Source of the DNA: the human T2T-CHM13v2.0 reference genome, Homo sapiens
DNA length: 64,000 nucleotides
Strand: one strand, 5' to 3'
Assembly (NCBI RefSeq): GCF_009914755.1
Contig: NC_060927.1
The notes beneath the pieces are model-generated. The model ran no database searches. It saw only the letters and a program-made list of their open reading frames with translations, and was not told the DNA's origin. The position numbers were made by a program, and so were the translations under genes. Positions 41,619 to 55,318 of this stretch are shown here, in pieces (position 1 is the first letter of the stretch; each line of letters opens with the position of its first letter).

Positions 41619-42114
<496 letters not shown>

Positions 42115-42199
42115 AGGACTGTAGAAGATATTTATGATGAATGTCTTTCTGCAGGGTACTTTCTCAGGGACAGCTACAAGAGTAAGATTTGTGTTGAAT

Positions 42200-43520
42200 G
42201 ACCAGGAATTTGCCTGGTAGAGAAGGTAGGGAAAAAGAAGAATAAACGTGACCATGGACTTCAAAGGGAGAAAATGAACATAAACAAAGACACACAGTGG
42301 TGAAGGAGCACAATGCTTTCAGGAGAATTCTGAATGATGACTAGGGTGAGGGGCAGAGAAAGGGGAGAAATGAAGCTAAAGACGTTTGGAATTAAATCAC
42401 GGAGGGCCATGTATATCAGTCTAACAAGGCTGGCTTTCTAATTTTCAAAATGTTTTAGTGCAGAATACATTTTTTTTCCTCAAGCAAAATCTTAAGCAAA
42501 CCCAGAAATATTGAACAAGTAAAAAGTGATGGTGTATTTCCTGAGGAAGAGGTAGGAGCTAGGAGGTCAATCCACCTGGCTTTCCCTTCCCCAGTGCTAC
42601 TCTTTAAGGCGTCCCATGGGGTCTTGGGACTGAGCAGAACACAGTGAGAAACTACTGCTATGGACAACAGGGAGCCAGAGTAATGCCTTAAGTAAATAAA
42701 AGTTTAACTCAGGTTTGATGGTTAAAAAGGAGGGTCTCAAATGGAAAGGAGACCATTTAGAATACTCTTACATGCAGTCCTAGCAATAGGTGGTAAGGCT
42801 TTAAATTAAGGGAAAGGCAGAGTGATTTGAATTAAGCAGAATCAAGAAATATTTCTGGAGTGCAGACCATTACATTTGGCAAATCACTGGACATGGGAGA
42901 AGAGAAAAGGAGTGCCAGAAGGGAAGGTGGGCATCTAAATTCCAGCTTGAGAAATAAGGTAGATGGTGAGCCTATTAACCCCAAAAGGAATAAGGAGAGG
43001 GCGGATATATTTCACTTTATTTGACGTGGGGCAAAACGGAAACGTTCAGGTGGAGATATTAAGCAAGAGGGTAGAAATATAGGTTTAGAGCCTACGATAA
43101 TGATTTAGGAGTCTATAATGGATAAGTAGATAGTATCTTTGAATGGACATGACCCAGGAGAATCAAGGACAGGAAGATGAAGGTGCTGAAGTGTGGACCC
43201 TGGGAAACACCATTTGAGAACTGTGGAGGGGAGAATAAGGATAGCCCAGAAAAGGAGACTGAGCAGAATAGAAGTGAATGAACCGTGGTCTAGAAGCCAG
43301 AGAGGACATAGAGTCCAAGAGGCAAGAATTGTCCCACGAAAGTTATGGAGGATGAAGGGCTGAAAAACTGACACTCTGTTTGGCAGCTGGGGAATGTTAC
43401 ATACCTTTTCAGGTGTTGTGGGCAAAATGAAGTTTGCAATAAGATAAAAAGTGAATGGAAATTGAGGAGATAGAGACAAACAGCAAAGACTATTTGCTCA
43501 TGAAGAAAGGAAATGCAATA
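42200..43520 (-). mobile_element. L2 LINE remnant
   Basis: Purine-rich antisense L2 motifs (ttcaggtggagatattaagcaagag, tctagaagccagagagg). Confidence 0.55.
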
Positions 43521-44257
43521 AGGTAGTGTCCTGCAGATATGGTACTTATCTTTAAAAGTCTTCCTTGAAGGCTTCTTTTCTACGGTTCACAATAACCTCT
43601 TTCGCCTCTAAACTCCAAGAAAAGTTCATAATCTGTACTCTTAGGGGATTTACTATTCTATCATTCACTACCCTAGATCATTCTATCATAATTTAAGAGT
43701 ATTTTCTTGCACACCTCCTAATGATGTCTAACAAGCATCTAATGCCAGGCTGAATTCAATTTACCTTTAAGGGTAATTCAACCGAGTCTTTTCTCTCATT
43801 CTTCTCTCTGCCCTCCCACACTCATACTGAATTTATGTCAGTTCATGGGCTCTGCCATGCTTTCTTTTGTCTTTGGGCTGATGACTATACATCATTTTCT
43901 GCTATTATACAACTTCCTTTTATTGGAATAAAGGAATAATCATCTTTCAGGTGTTGGCTTAGACAATATTCCCTCAAGGAAACTATCTCTGACTCCCTCT
44001 GGACTTGGTTGTGTATCTCACCCAACCATTGCCCATACCTAGTATCTTATGCTTCTGCCATGACAGCACTGTATCAGTTCACTGGACTGTGTCCCTCACT
44101 TGATCTCCTAAGGGCAGAGAAAGCATCTGATGTAGTTATAGCTTATTTCCAATACCTAGCTTAGATGAGTAGTGACCAGCTCAGTATATGGGCTAAAACA
44201 TTTGAGAAATAAGGGAGAAAAGAAGAAAGCTGGTCATGAGTAAAGGTAGGGAAAGAT

Positions 44258-44366
44258 GGAAAGGAAGGAAGAAAGGAAGGAAGGAGGGAGGGAGGGAAGG
44301 AAGGAAGGAAGGAAGGAAGGAAGGAAGGGAGGGAGGGAGGGAGGGAGGGAGGGAGGGAGGGAGGAA
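44258..44366. repeat. (GGAA)n/(GGGA)n polypurine microsatellite
   Basis: (GGAA)8 at 44295-44326 followed by (GGGA)9 at 44327-44362. Confidence 0.95.
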
Positions 44367-47300
44367 ACTAATTTGGTTCCCATTTCAGCATTGCCATTAA
44401 CTATTGGGTGACTTTGGTCATACATGTAATTTGTTAATCTATAAAGCCAAAATATCATATTAAATTTATTCTAGGATCTTTTCCATTTTAAAATTGGATT
44501 CAAAAAGAAATCTAGCATTTATTTGCATGGTTCAGATTTCTGAATGTAATAACTGCATAACTATATTCTGTGACTCCCAGTAACTTTTACCCCTCAATAA
44601 AAAAATAGAATTGCTGAACTTTTCTCCTCAAATGACTATGTTAAAAATCTGTCTGAGTTTACACTTGCTAACTAACGAACCTTGACTAAGTCACTTAGTC
44701 TTGCTCTGACTCAGCTCCTCCACCTAGAAAATAAAGTGATGATTGGGGATTAAATGAGAGAGGCAAGCAAAGGTGACTTATGAGCTGCAGTCGTCTTTAC
44801 GTAGGTTAGTCAGCAGATATTATTTGTAAATAGGGTTTCATTTACAGAATAGCTACCTTGATTTAAGGACATCAAGCTACTTGATATATTAGTCACTGGT
44901 AGTGCAGTGATGATCAATATTCAGTAGGTAGTTAGGTGAACAATTTAACAAAAACTTGGAGGTTTAAACTTGTTCCGAAGCAATAGAAAAGTAATTTATT
45001 TACTGTTAGGTCTTAGAAGTCTGACTGTACAGTGCTGTTCTTTGGAATCCAGCACACATTATGATGCTTTTCATAGTCTTCAATGGGGACTACTACCTGG
45101 AAAATCATGGTAGAAGTTTCAAATTCAAGAGGGTGCCTTTCTCACCCTTCAAAGAAGTTGCAGATTTTAAGAGTCTCTTCCTGGCTATGATCAACCTCTC
45201 ACCTTACTGACAGAGTTTCAATTTAACCAAACGCTATTGAAACAAATGACTGCTACACCATACTGTTTCTCATTCTTTACCAAGGAGTTAAGTTTCACTT
45301 AGCAGAACATTCATCAATGAGTAAGAAAATATACACAAATACAAATAAAAATGGAAAAGCCAACACGTTACAATTTTTTGCCTTATGTAAGCTAAATTTT
45401 CTTCCATTGGAAACAGAACTACTTGTGCAGGTGGTTGCTAAATGCTACCAGCTGCTCTGTGGCAATATAGTTTCTGAACAGAACCCTAAAAAGTAGGATG
45501 GAGAGGGGAAAAATAAAGAAATGGGTGTGGAATAAGACTCTATATTAAACTAATTCCCTGGGTAATACAGGAGAGGGGGAGAGCAAGTTCTGTCGTAAAC
45601 AGTAAGCAGAATTTCCATTCAGCTGGCCTACAATAAATTTATTTTTCCAAGAAAATGAAATGGAACAAGAGACCAGACATACCTGCTTTATGTTAAAGAA
45701 AAGCATGTATGAACCTAATACAGGAAGAAGTTGTTTAAGACTGTACATCCTTGAGAAAATATTACCTCCATAATAGTGCCAGGGTCTCTGTTAACTTGGG
45801 TTATCAGCTACATAAATTAGACGCACACTGGGGCTGTCTAACTTGTATAGCAATCTGCAGTGCTCATATAATTTGTACTTTGCTCTATCATTTGCTTCCC
45901 TCTGTCCTCTTTTCTAGTTACCAACTTATTTTTTAAAGCTTTGCACAAATACCATTATAGCTATCTTATTTATTGTACCAATTAAAAAATTGCTGAGAAA
46001 TGAAGGGATCTACTTAGATTCCCGTAATAAAATGAGTGATCCGAATAAAAAAAATTGAAAATCACATAATCACTATTTTAAGGAATGCAATTCTCTCTCA
46101 ATACCTGACAACCTTTTTTCCTTTGAGCAAGTTCTTGACAATGCCAAGACTCTAACTATTAATATACTTAATGTCAGCATATCTCCTACCCTGATTCAAA
46201 AAGCAAGAAACAGGATGAAATGGGGGAATACAGGAGATTAAAATAAAAGAAGAAAAAGGTAAAGGAGAAGAGGAAATAAACAGAAGAAATATTGAGAGAA
46301 ACAGAGAGATAAATAGCAAATTGTGGTCTTCGAATGAGAAGATGGAGAGGACCAGAAGAAAAAAATAGAGAATTAAGGAAGAAAACAAGGTCAATTTGAC
46401 CTTTTGTGTAGCTTTTTATTTATCTGAGTAATCCGAGGGGTAATTACAGGTCTTTGTCTTAATATGGAAAAATAACTATGATGTATGACCAAGACACAGT
46501 ACTCCGGGAGTATTTCCGTATAGCCTACAGAGGAGCTATTGGTGCCTACCTTTATGGACATCGGGTTGTGATCATATTTTTTGCTAGGTCTGCTGCTGCC
46601 ATGACTCTGCCATTGTGCTCATTGTGAACTCAGTGTCTTACATGAAAAGAGCCACCCAATCTCATTTTACCAACTCTGCATACTAATTCACAATAGCATA
46701 TAATATCCCCACATATGGGTTTTTAGGTCATCAATGAAGCTGAATGAAACCATTCTCTTGCTAAGTACAGAATTTAGAAACCAAGCTGCTGCAAGTTGAA
46801 ACATCAGTCACAGTCTCTCAAAACATTATGTTACAAAGGCTGTGATGAAGTTGCAGCTCTGCCCATATTTCCAAAAGTAATGACACTTCATCTTAAAGGC
46901 CCACTCAGTTATGTCACATTTATATTTGCATCCTATAATGTGAATGTATTAGCCCCAAATTGTTTGGTAATAAATCATCATCAAAGAAATATGTTCATTT
47001 TTACTTTTAGTATTCATGACTCGCATGATCCTAGAACAACATATATTTAGTACTTCAGAGCAATGAATCCATAACTTTGAGAGAAATTGCCTTATAGATC
47101 ATTAAGACCTATGTTGCTTTAACAGTTAATCACATTTTCACTAATAATATGACATAAGTCCTTTACCTAAAGAGTGAAAAATGAATGACTCTTTTGCTTG
47201 CACTAAAAAGTCTTCTACTTGACCTTTACTAGGGGCAGAGGGAAATCCAGTATAATCACTGAACGCTTTCCCTACAGCAGTATCAATACTTTCATTCAGC

Positions 47301-49529
47301 CAACAGACTTCACCTTCAGTTAAGGCTCCTTGAGTCCCCAAACTCCAGGGGAAAAAAATCCTTTGGGGCTCTGCTGTAGCTTTGAACCTAGGGTCATGTG
47401 GTGATGTATCAATGAGCCCTGCATCTTCTGGAGAATACCTCAGATAGCTGGCCCAACAAAGACAAATATTATGGCAGCAAAAAATAAATCTGCCATTTTT
47501 AACCTTTTCAGGGAAAGTAATTCACTTATTGGCTTTGGTTAAAACGTCTTACCTTTCTTCCCCTTTTTGTTGTATCTGTGAGTAATTTCTCCAGTCACAT
47601 TGTTTATAGGAAGTGAAGTTATTCGTAATCATGCCTTAAGAGTATGTACACAAACTGGACATCCTAAAAGACCGCTATGTATTAAATTCCTGATTGTTTG
47701 ACATAAATTCTCTCTCTCTCTTTCACTCCGACAGGAATCTTCTCATTTATTTACGAATAGGTTAAGACCTTCGCCTTGTTTCTAACTATGTTCCTAAGTG
47801 CTAACATATATTAAGTAAATTTAGAGCCTCTTCTGCATAGGAAACAAATTAAATTGGTTAAACATGGAGAAAGACTAAATGTAATCCATCTCTTGTCATG
47901 TTTATGATATCTGAACTCATCTTATGTGAATGTTCCAATTTGGCAGTTGTAGCAGATGGGCTGCTTATGATAAAACATAACTACAGACGCAGAATGTGAT
48001 AATATAAATCATAAAAGAGATAAATAATGAAATTCTTTTAAAATAACTCTGGCTAAATATTTAGACAGTCAATTTTTAAGCTTACTTGCAACACAAAAAT
48101 AGTATTCACATATCTAGGCAAGGAAAGAAAGGTACTCAACCATAATATAAATATAATCTAAATCTAAACTTTCAGGACTCAAGGTATTTTAAAAATCTGG
48201 GTGAATTTTTAAGGTAGCAAAAAATAAAGTCGGGAGTCTTTTCCAGAGGTACTCAAAACCAGAGATGGCACTGATGAATATCTCTACACAGCTACCCCTC
48301 ATTCCAAATCCCATTTCATAACTCCAGAATTAAGCAAAGTCTCCTATTTTATGATCTATATCAGATGATAAAGGAAACTCAGTGCCACTCTTGATGGACA
48401 ACTTAATATCCATGAACCTGCTATCAATGTATATCAGTTTGTGACCTCATACTGCTTAGAGTTGCAAAATATATTTACATGAATCTGATCATCTCAAAAA
48501 CCTCATCACAGGCCAACTGGTATCCAGATCATATAGAAGAGGAAAGTAAAGTTCAGAGAAGTGGCTTGTCCAAAGTCACACATTTATACATGATAAATCC
48601 AAAATTTGAACAGACATTTTTGTCTCCCAAACAGGTGCTAATTATTAATATCTTAATCATGGTGTCTCATCCAACTTACAAACAAAGGTAAAGATTTTAA
48701 CTCAGAGAAGTTTGGAATAGATTGTACAATGCATAAAAGCAGCCCAGGTCCCCAGTCCACAGTTTGAAGATGGCCAGAAACAAAGAGATAAGGGGACAAA
48801 ATCAGTACAAATGACTACTCAGGCAGTTTGGGCCAATTATGTTGTATATCAATGTGTATCTACCCTTACTAGGTGGCCACATCTACTCTTACACTTTCAA
48901 TATGTACAGAGTAGGCAATTTTACCCATAGAAAGGCTGGCATTTGGTGCACTGTTTCAGATACCAGGAGCAGGACCAATTCCCATCTGGGATGCTGACTC
49001 CTTACCATCCCTACTGCAGATTCCTGGAAGGTAGCTGTGCTTTATCTGAAAATGAACTTGAGAGAGCTCTTAAGATACTTTTCTATTAGAAAACAGCATT
49101 GCCCCTCTCTCCACTTGTCCCCCTCCTGTCTTTCCTTCCCTGTTATTTATTGAGCTCCTACTGCATGTCAGGCTGTGCATCCATAAAGAAAGCAGCCATA
49201 GGCCAAAGCTCCATGGCACTTATCATCTGCTGGTGGGTGCAGAAATATAAACAAGCACATTCAGGACTATAGGAGTAAAGAAGAGCACCTGCCTGGACCA
49301 GGGATGGGGGTGAAGGAAGAGGACCAAGAGGGTATATATAAAACTTCCCAGATGAAGGCAGGTCTACGTTGAGACCTAAAGGAAAAGGGAGAATAGATCA
49401 GATAAGATGGAGGAGGACAATAAAGGCTGAAGGTAAGATGGATAAAATATGTTTGAGTGGATTTTGTTCTGTTGTTTTTGGTAGAGGGAGGAGAATGTAA
49501 GGAAAGAGTGAAGGTAGGGAGAAAGAAGT

Positions 49530-49683
49530 GGAAGAAAGAAAGAACGAAGGAAGGAGGGAAGGAAAGAAGGAGGAAATGAAGGAGAGAAAGAAGAAAGACA
49601 GGAAAAAACAGAGAGAAAGAAGAAGGAAAGAAAAAGAGATAGAAAAGAAAGAAAGAAAGAAAAAAAGAAAGAAAGAAAGAAAG

Positions 49684-49749
<66 letters not shown>

Positions 49750-49760
49750 GGAGGGAAGGA
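49530..49760. repeat. (GAAA)n and polypurine tract
   Basis: About 230 nt of almost pure A/G, with a perfect GAAA array at ~49685-49748. Confidence 0.95.
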
Positions 49761-50849
49761 TAAATCTCTTTGCTGTGTAATAAACAGAGGAGAAACATAG
49801 GTAAAAACACTAAAATCTGATTTGGTGGAATTTTGTACACTGCAGATATATGTCAGATTGTGAAGAAAAAGTGGAAAAAAAGAAGCATGTGTATCGGAGA
49901 TACTGAACAGAGAATAGAGTGGGTGGAGTAAGCCTGTAAGTACCATTTCAATGGCATTAGCCGGTTTGTGTCTCTGCTGATTCTACCTGGTCTTAGAATG
50001 GAAAAGCTTGATTTACTGGACTGTTAAGGAACCTAAAAATGAAAAATACTATGCATAGGTTTGAGGATCACAGCCAACAGTTTATTATAAGTCTGGAATG
50101 AAGTCTCAACTTCTTCACTAAGAACTCATATTCTAACTTTTGTTTATTTGCTTTCTTATTTATTTCTGTTGAAGATTTTTTCTAAAAATACTGAATTGGA
50201 ATAACAGAGCCCATATCTTTTAGGTATAACCTTGTAAAACACGTTTAGCAATTCAAGGCAGTGATACACAATATATCAAATGTAACATCATTCAGACATA
50301 ACCACTAATATCTTCAATGAAATATATATTTAAGTTTTCCTCTCTGAGCAAGTTTTCTTAGCATTTCCTAAAACCTCAAATTTTTTTATTTAATTTTAAT
50401 GTATTTTATCTACCATGTGGACAAAATTATGGCAAATGTGCTATGTTCTATTATCCTATGATTAGCCTAGTAGAAAGTATTACTGAAGAATATGGACATT
50501 ATGCATGGACACTTCTTTTTGTTTTTAAATTGCCAACTGCCAAACCAGCATTTGCCATATTCCTTCCAATCACATAAGATTAATCAAGAGAGTTTAATTA
50601 AACAAGTCCAACTCACCAAAATTAATGATGTTCACTGAATGACCAGATTTTCATTCCAATTGGAAGTACTTTCATACTTTTACAGACAGTGTGACTATCC
50701 ACTTTGCAATTGCAGTGCGACCTGTGAAACTTGCATAAAGACCTCCCCTGAATTATTGTTACCTACATAGTTACAGTAACTTGGAAGGTGATGTCATGCA
50801 TTCACACAAAACATAGAAGTGATATCTTGTTGTTTATTTTTATCATTGG

Positions 50850-51340
50850 AGCTTGTTGGATGTTTGGGCTCAAGAATATGCAAACAGGGTTAATTAATGG
50901 CTCAATAGCAACCTAGAAATTATCCTATTCCATTCAGACATTTTATCAGTGACTTGGATGATGGGGGCAGGGGTAATATCGAAATGACACATGCCTAAGG
51001 GAGGGAGCAGACATGGGGTAAAAGTAGAGAGTCTGTAAAATAACAGAAGCTAGATATTAAATTATCTTACCAGGTCAGAGCTATGTGTCTGAATTAATTT
51101 TTAAAATTTAATAGACATGAAAATCCTGCACTTAGGTTTAAGAAATCAATTGTCTAAATACTGAATGGACAAAGACTTGACTTAATCATAGTTGACAGAC
51201 TTTCAAATTCTATAGCAGACTGTGATATAATTACCCACAAAGCTTCTAACATCCAAGAGTATCCATAGAAATATAGTGTTCATAAGAAGGAAAAAAATAG
51301 TTCTCAACTCTGCATTTGTTGAACATCACTGGAATTCGGA
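50850..51340 (+). mobile_element. L3/CR1 LINE remnant
   Basis: tttatcagtgacttggatga...aaaatcctgcacttagg...agaaatatagtgt resemble the CR1 RT 3' region; very diverged. Confidence 0.5.
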
Positions 51341-52181
51341 GTGAGCTAATATCAGAAGACATTGTCAAATGGGCCAACGGCTGTCTTTCAGTCATTCCTT
51401 TCTGATCTTTGGATTTTTTTTTCTCTAAAGTTAAAATAAATAAATTTTCCTATCCCAAAATATCTTACAGAATAAGGAATTATTAGCCTAAAGACGTTTT
51501 AGAACTGCACAGGGGTCTTCAATGGTATTACACAAAAAATATCTAAAAAGGAAAAGCAGATGAGAATAAGGCCTTTCAATATTTTCATGGAAAAACATTT
51601 AAAGAAAAAATATTAAATAAAAAATATTTAATTCTCAAGGATGACATGGCTAAAAAGCTAAAGCTCATTTTGAATTTTTGGAATGTTAATCACCTATTTC
51701 AAAAGTTTTGATTTTAGAAATTAAAAGTCATTGTTACAGTTTAAGTTATAGCTATATAAAACTATGGTTAGTGTTAGTTTAAGGGTTATAGTTAAGTGTT
51801 ACATGTTTAAGACTAAAGAGAAATGAATATTAATTGAAATTAACCTAATCCATTGGCAATTCTTTTATTAAATAATGTTCCTTTTTATGTCTCATGTTGC
51901 ACTCTGAAAATAAATAACAAAGATAACAAACTTTTCCTCCAAATACTAATACTGTAATGACAAATGATTACAAAATCTTTAAGTAAAATTTAATGAAAAT
52001 TTTATTGAATAATGACTCATATATGCTTTTCAAAGACAGTGAGAATGTAGCTTATAAAATCAGTTACTGTACCTTTCAAGATGAATAAGCATGATTTGGG
52101 GAACAAGTGCAATTTTCTGATAAAGGACCAACAAGGTACCTTCTCTGCTATATAAAAAAATCTTAAAAAATGCTTGTTTGT

Positions 52182-52458
52182 CACTGCATGTTCTCACTCA
52201 TAGGTGGGAATTGAACAATGAAAACACATGGACACAGGAAGGGGAACATCACACACCGGGGCCCGTTGTGGGGTGGGGGGAGTAGGGAAGGATAGCATTA
52301 GGAGATATACCTAATGTTAAATGATGGGTTAATGGGTGCAGCACACCAACATGGCACATGTATACATATGTAACAAACCTGCACGTTGTGCACATGTACC
52401 CTAAAACCTAAAGTATAATAAAAAATAAAATAAAATGCAATTTAAAGGTTAAAAAAAA
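52182..52458 (+). mobile_element. Short 5'-truncated young L1PA 3' end
   Basis: cactgcatgttctcactcataggtgggaattgaacaatg...gcacatgtaccctaaaacctaaagtataataaaa, with TSD gcttgtttgt at 52172-52181 and 52459-52468. Confidence 0.95.
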
Positions 52459-52904
52459 GCTTGTTTGTAAACATCTTAATAAATAACAGCAACAACAATA
52501 ACAATCATATAGGCATGCATGACTATATTTTTTCCTCCTGAACAACATATCTCAGGAATTGTTGGGCTTACACATCTGGAAAGCCATATTTGTTTGTGTA
52601 TTTTCCATGCTGACACTGCCAAGAAACTAAATGCAGTTGAGTGTTACCGCTGAAATCACCAGGAGTCCTAGTGCCAGGCTGTGCCAGAATTTGCCACTCC
52701 AAGTTGCAGTCAGTCTTTCAACCTCAGAATTAAATACAGCATCCGCCAAAGTAGTATCAGACTGAAGCTGCTTAAGTGGCTTTGACCATTAAAAACATAC
52801 ATAATTACACTTACATTCTGCGTGCAAATATTGTGCTATCATTTGAGAGTGCAAATAAGCAGTCAGCCACAACCCAGAAAGACAGTAGTCTACAAGAGAG
52901 ATGA

Positions 52905-53120
52905 AGGACTATGGTAGAGACGGGACTGTGGATCTGTGTCCCATCTCAGCCACATACAGCTATATCATTCTAGCAAGTTATAGAACATCTTTCAACCTCA
53001 GTTTCCACATCTACATAATAAGAACAGTCATACCTGCTCTATTTGCATGAACTTTTTGTGATCATCAAATAATACAAATGAAATCACTTGCAAGAACCTT
53101 GTAAAACAAATATACCTATT
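52905..53120 (+). mobile_element. MIR SINE
   Basis: cccatctcagccacatacagct...aacctcagtttccacatctacataa. Confidence 0.65.
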
Positions 53121-54589
53121 TTAGCTAATCCCGGATCACACCTCTGCATTGTCAATGTTCCATTATAATTAAACAAGATCCTGAATACCCCAGGTGAAAT
53201 GAGCCTGCTGTCCAGGTGGATCAATGCTTGGTCTAACCAGAGCTGATGCCCAACAGGGCCTTTCCTTGCAGGGCCAGTGACCGTCATATTGAGAATGCAA
53301 GTCTGAAGACTGCAGTTTGTAGAATGTGACTAAAGCAAAAACCTGCCGCATAAACTGTGTTTGTTCTTTAGACAATTTTTAGAATTAACTGACTCTATAG
53401 TAGCTTAAGAAACAGCATACAATTTTATAACGGAAAAAGGTGATAATTTTGACTAGGCTCACAATCATTTCTTGTTAGGTTGTGAGATAACTTTTATTAA
53501 CGCCAGTTAATTCCTTCCTCAGGCCTGTGTCACTTTATAACCCTCTGCTTAAGAGAAATTAATTGTATGAATTCAGGTAAGACAAGAACTACCATAATAG
53601 ATGTTTTCACTCTTGCCTTTACTTTTCTCTGATATACCTTAAGGTGGTCAGAGGTAAAAGCTAAAGATGCATTGTAGCCTGAGGGATGATTGAATGAAAA
53701 AAATGGGGGATGGGAACAGAACCTACTGGGATAGACCAATTTCCCACCACTGTAAGCCAGAGCAATTGATTGATGAATCCTCGCTCTGTCAAGAGGCAGC
53801 CTTCAGATTTGATCACATAAATACTCATTCAACTCAAATTCTGCTTGACAAGCCTCAGACAGCTTTGTTCTGTCACAGATATCATTGGAAGGAAATGCTC
53901 CATTAATCATCCTTAATTAACTTTACCATAGTCTGCTGAAACCAATATGCTCTCTGGCTAAACTTTGGACTTAGCCAGGATTCTATAGTTATCAAATGGA
54001 AGAGAGCTTTTTATGTTTCTTCTCTCCTATCGTTATGAACTATAGGGATCCAGCATGAATAGAGTTCACAGGAAGTCATGCCCATTGATTATATGAGATA
54101 GCTTATCAGCGTGTGCATTCTTTTCTAAAGGAAACATAATTTTAAATATGGCTGACCTGCATGAGATGGCATTTTATATCTATATCTCACTTGATGCTCA
54201 GACATTCTATATTTCCTCCCCAATTCTCAGCTATCATATGTCCTGAGATAATCATTTTCTAAGAGGAAAGAAAAATTTTAAAACAACAACAATAGTAAAG
54301 ACTTAGTTTGAAAAGTAAAGTTGCTAGAGGCACAAAATGGTTTGTGATTAATTCATAAACACACACACATACACGTCTCACATTGTAAAATACTTCACAA
54401 TTTTCATAAAGCTTTAACATGAGGCATGTGTTTTATTTTCATATTTGCTTAGTGCAGATATTAACTACTTGTCTCACTTTGAAATTACCTACTGAGAAGT
54501 TTATTAACAAGCATCCTAATTCAGTGGTAATAAGGGCAAAACAAGAAAAAATGAGTAGCATTCACACTTTAAATAAAAATAGAGTTCTA

Positions 54590-55318
54590 AATGGCTATTA
54601 TTAAAAGTCAAAACATAAAAGATGCTGGCAAGGTTGCAGAGAAAAAAGAATGCTTATACACTGCTGGTGTGAATCCAAATTAGTTCAGCCATTGGGAAAG
54701 CAGTGTGGCAATTTCTCAAAGAACTTGAAACAGAACTACCATTTGACCCAGCAATCCCATTATTGGGTATATACCCAAAGGAATATAAATTGTTCTACCA
54801 TAAAGACCCATGCACTTGTATTTTAATTGCAGCACTATTCACATTAGCAAAATCATGGAATCAACCTAAATGCTCATCAACAGTGGACTAGATAAAGAAA
54901 TTGTGGTATAGATACACCATGGAATACTATGCAGCCATGAAAAAAGAATGAGATAATGTCTTCTGCAGCAACATGGATAGAGCTAGAGGGCATTATCCTA
55001 AGAGAACTAATGCAGGAACAGAAAACCAAATACTGCATGTTTTCACTTACAAGTGGGAGCTAAACATCAAGAACTCATTGACACAAAGAAGCGAACTATA
55101 GACACCAGGACGCACTTTAGGGTGGAGAGTGGAGGAGGATGATGTTTGAAAAACTACCTATTGAGTACTGTGCTCGTTACCTGGGTGACAAAATAATCTG
55201 TACACCAAACCCCCATGACACACAATTTACCTGTATAACAAACCTGCACACGTACTCCTGAACCTAAAAATTAAAAATAAATAAATAAATAAATAAATAA
55301 AATAAAATAAAATAAAAC
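54590..55318 (+). mobile_element. 5'-truncated older L1PA/L1PB 3' end
   Basis: ORF 54703-54891 (ELPFDPAIPLLGIYPKEYK...) is an ORF2p remnant, followed by the 3' UTR and a (TAAA)n tail. Confidence 0.92.

Noticed and set aside
49376-49946. 154-182 aa F/L/S-rich and K/E/R-rich ORFs
   Set aside because: Translations of the (GAAA)n tract.
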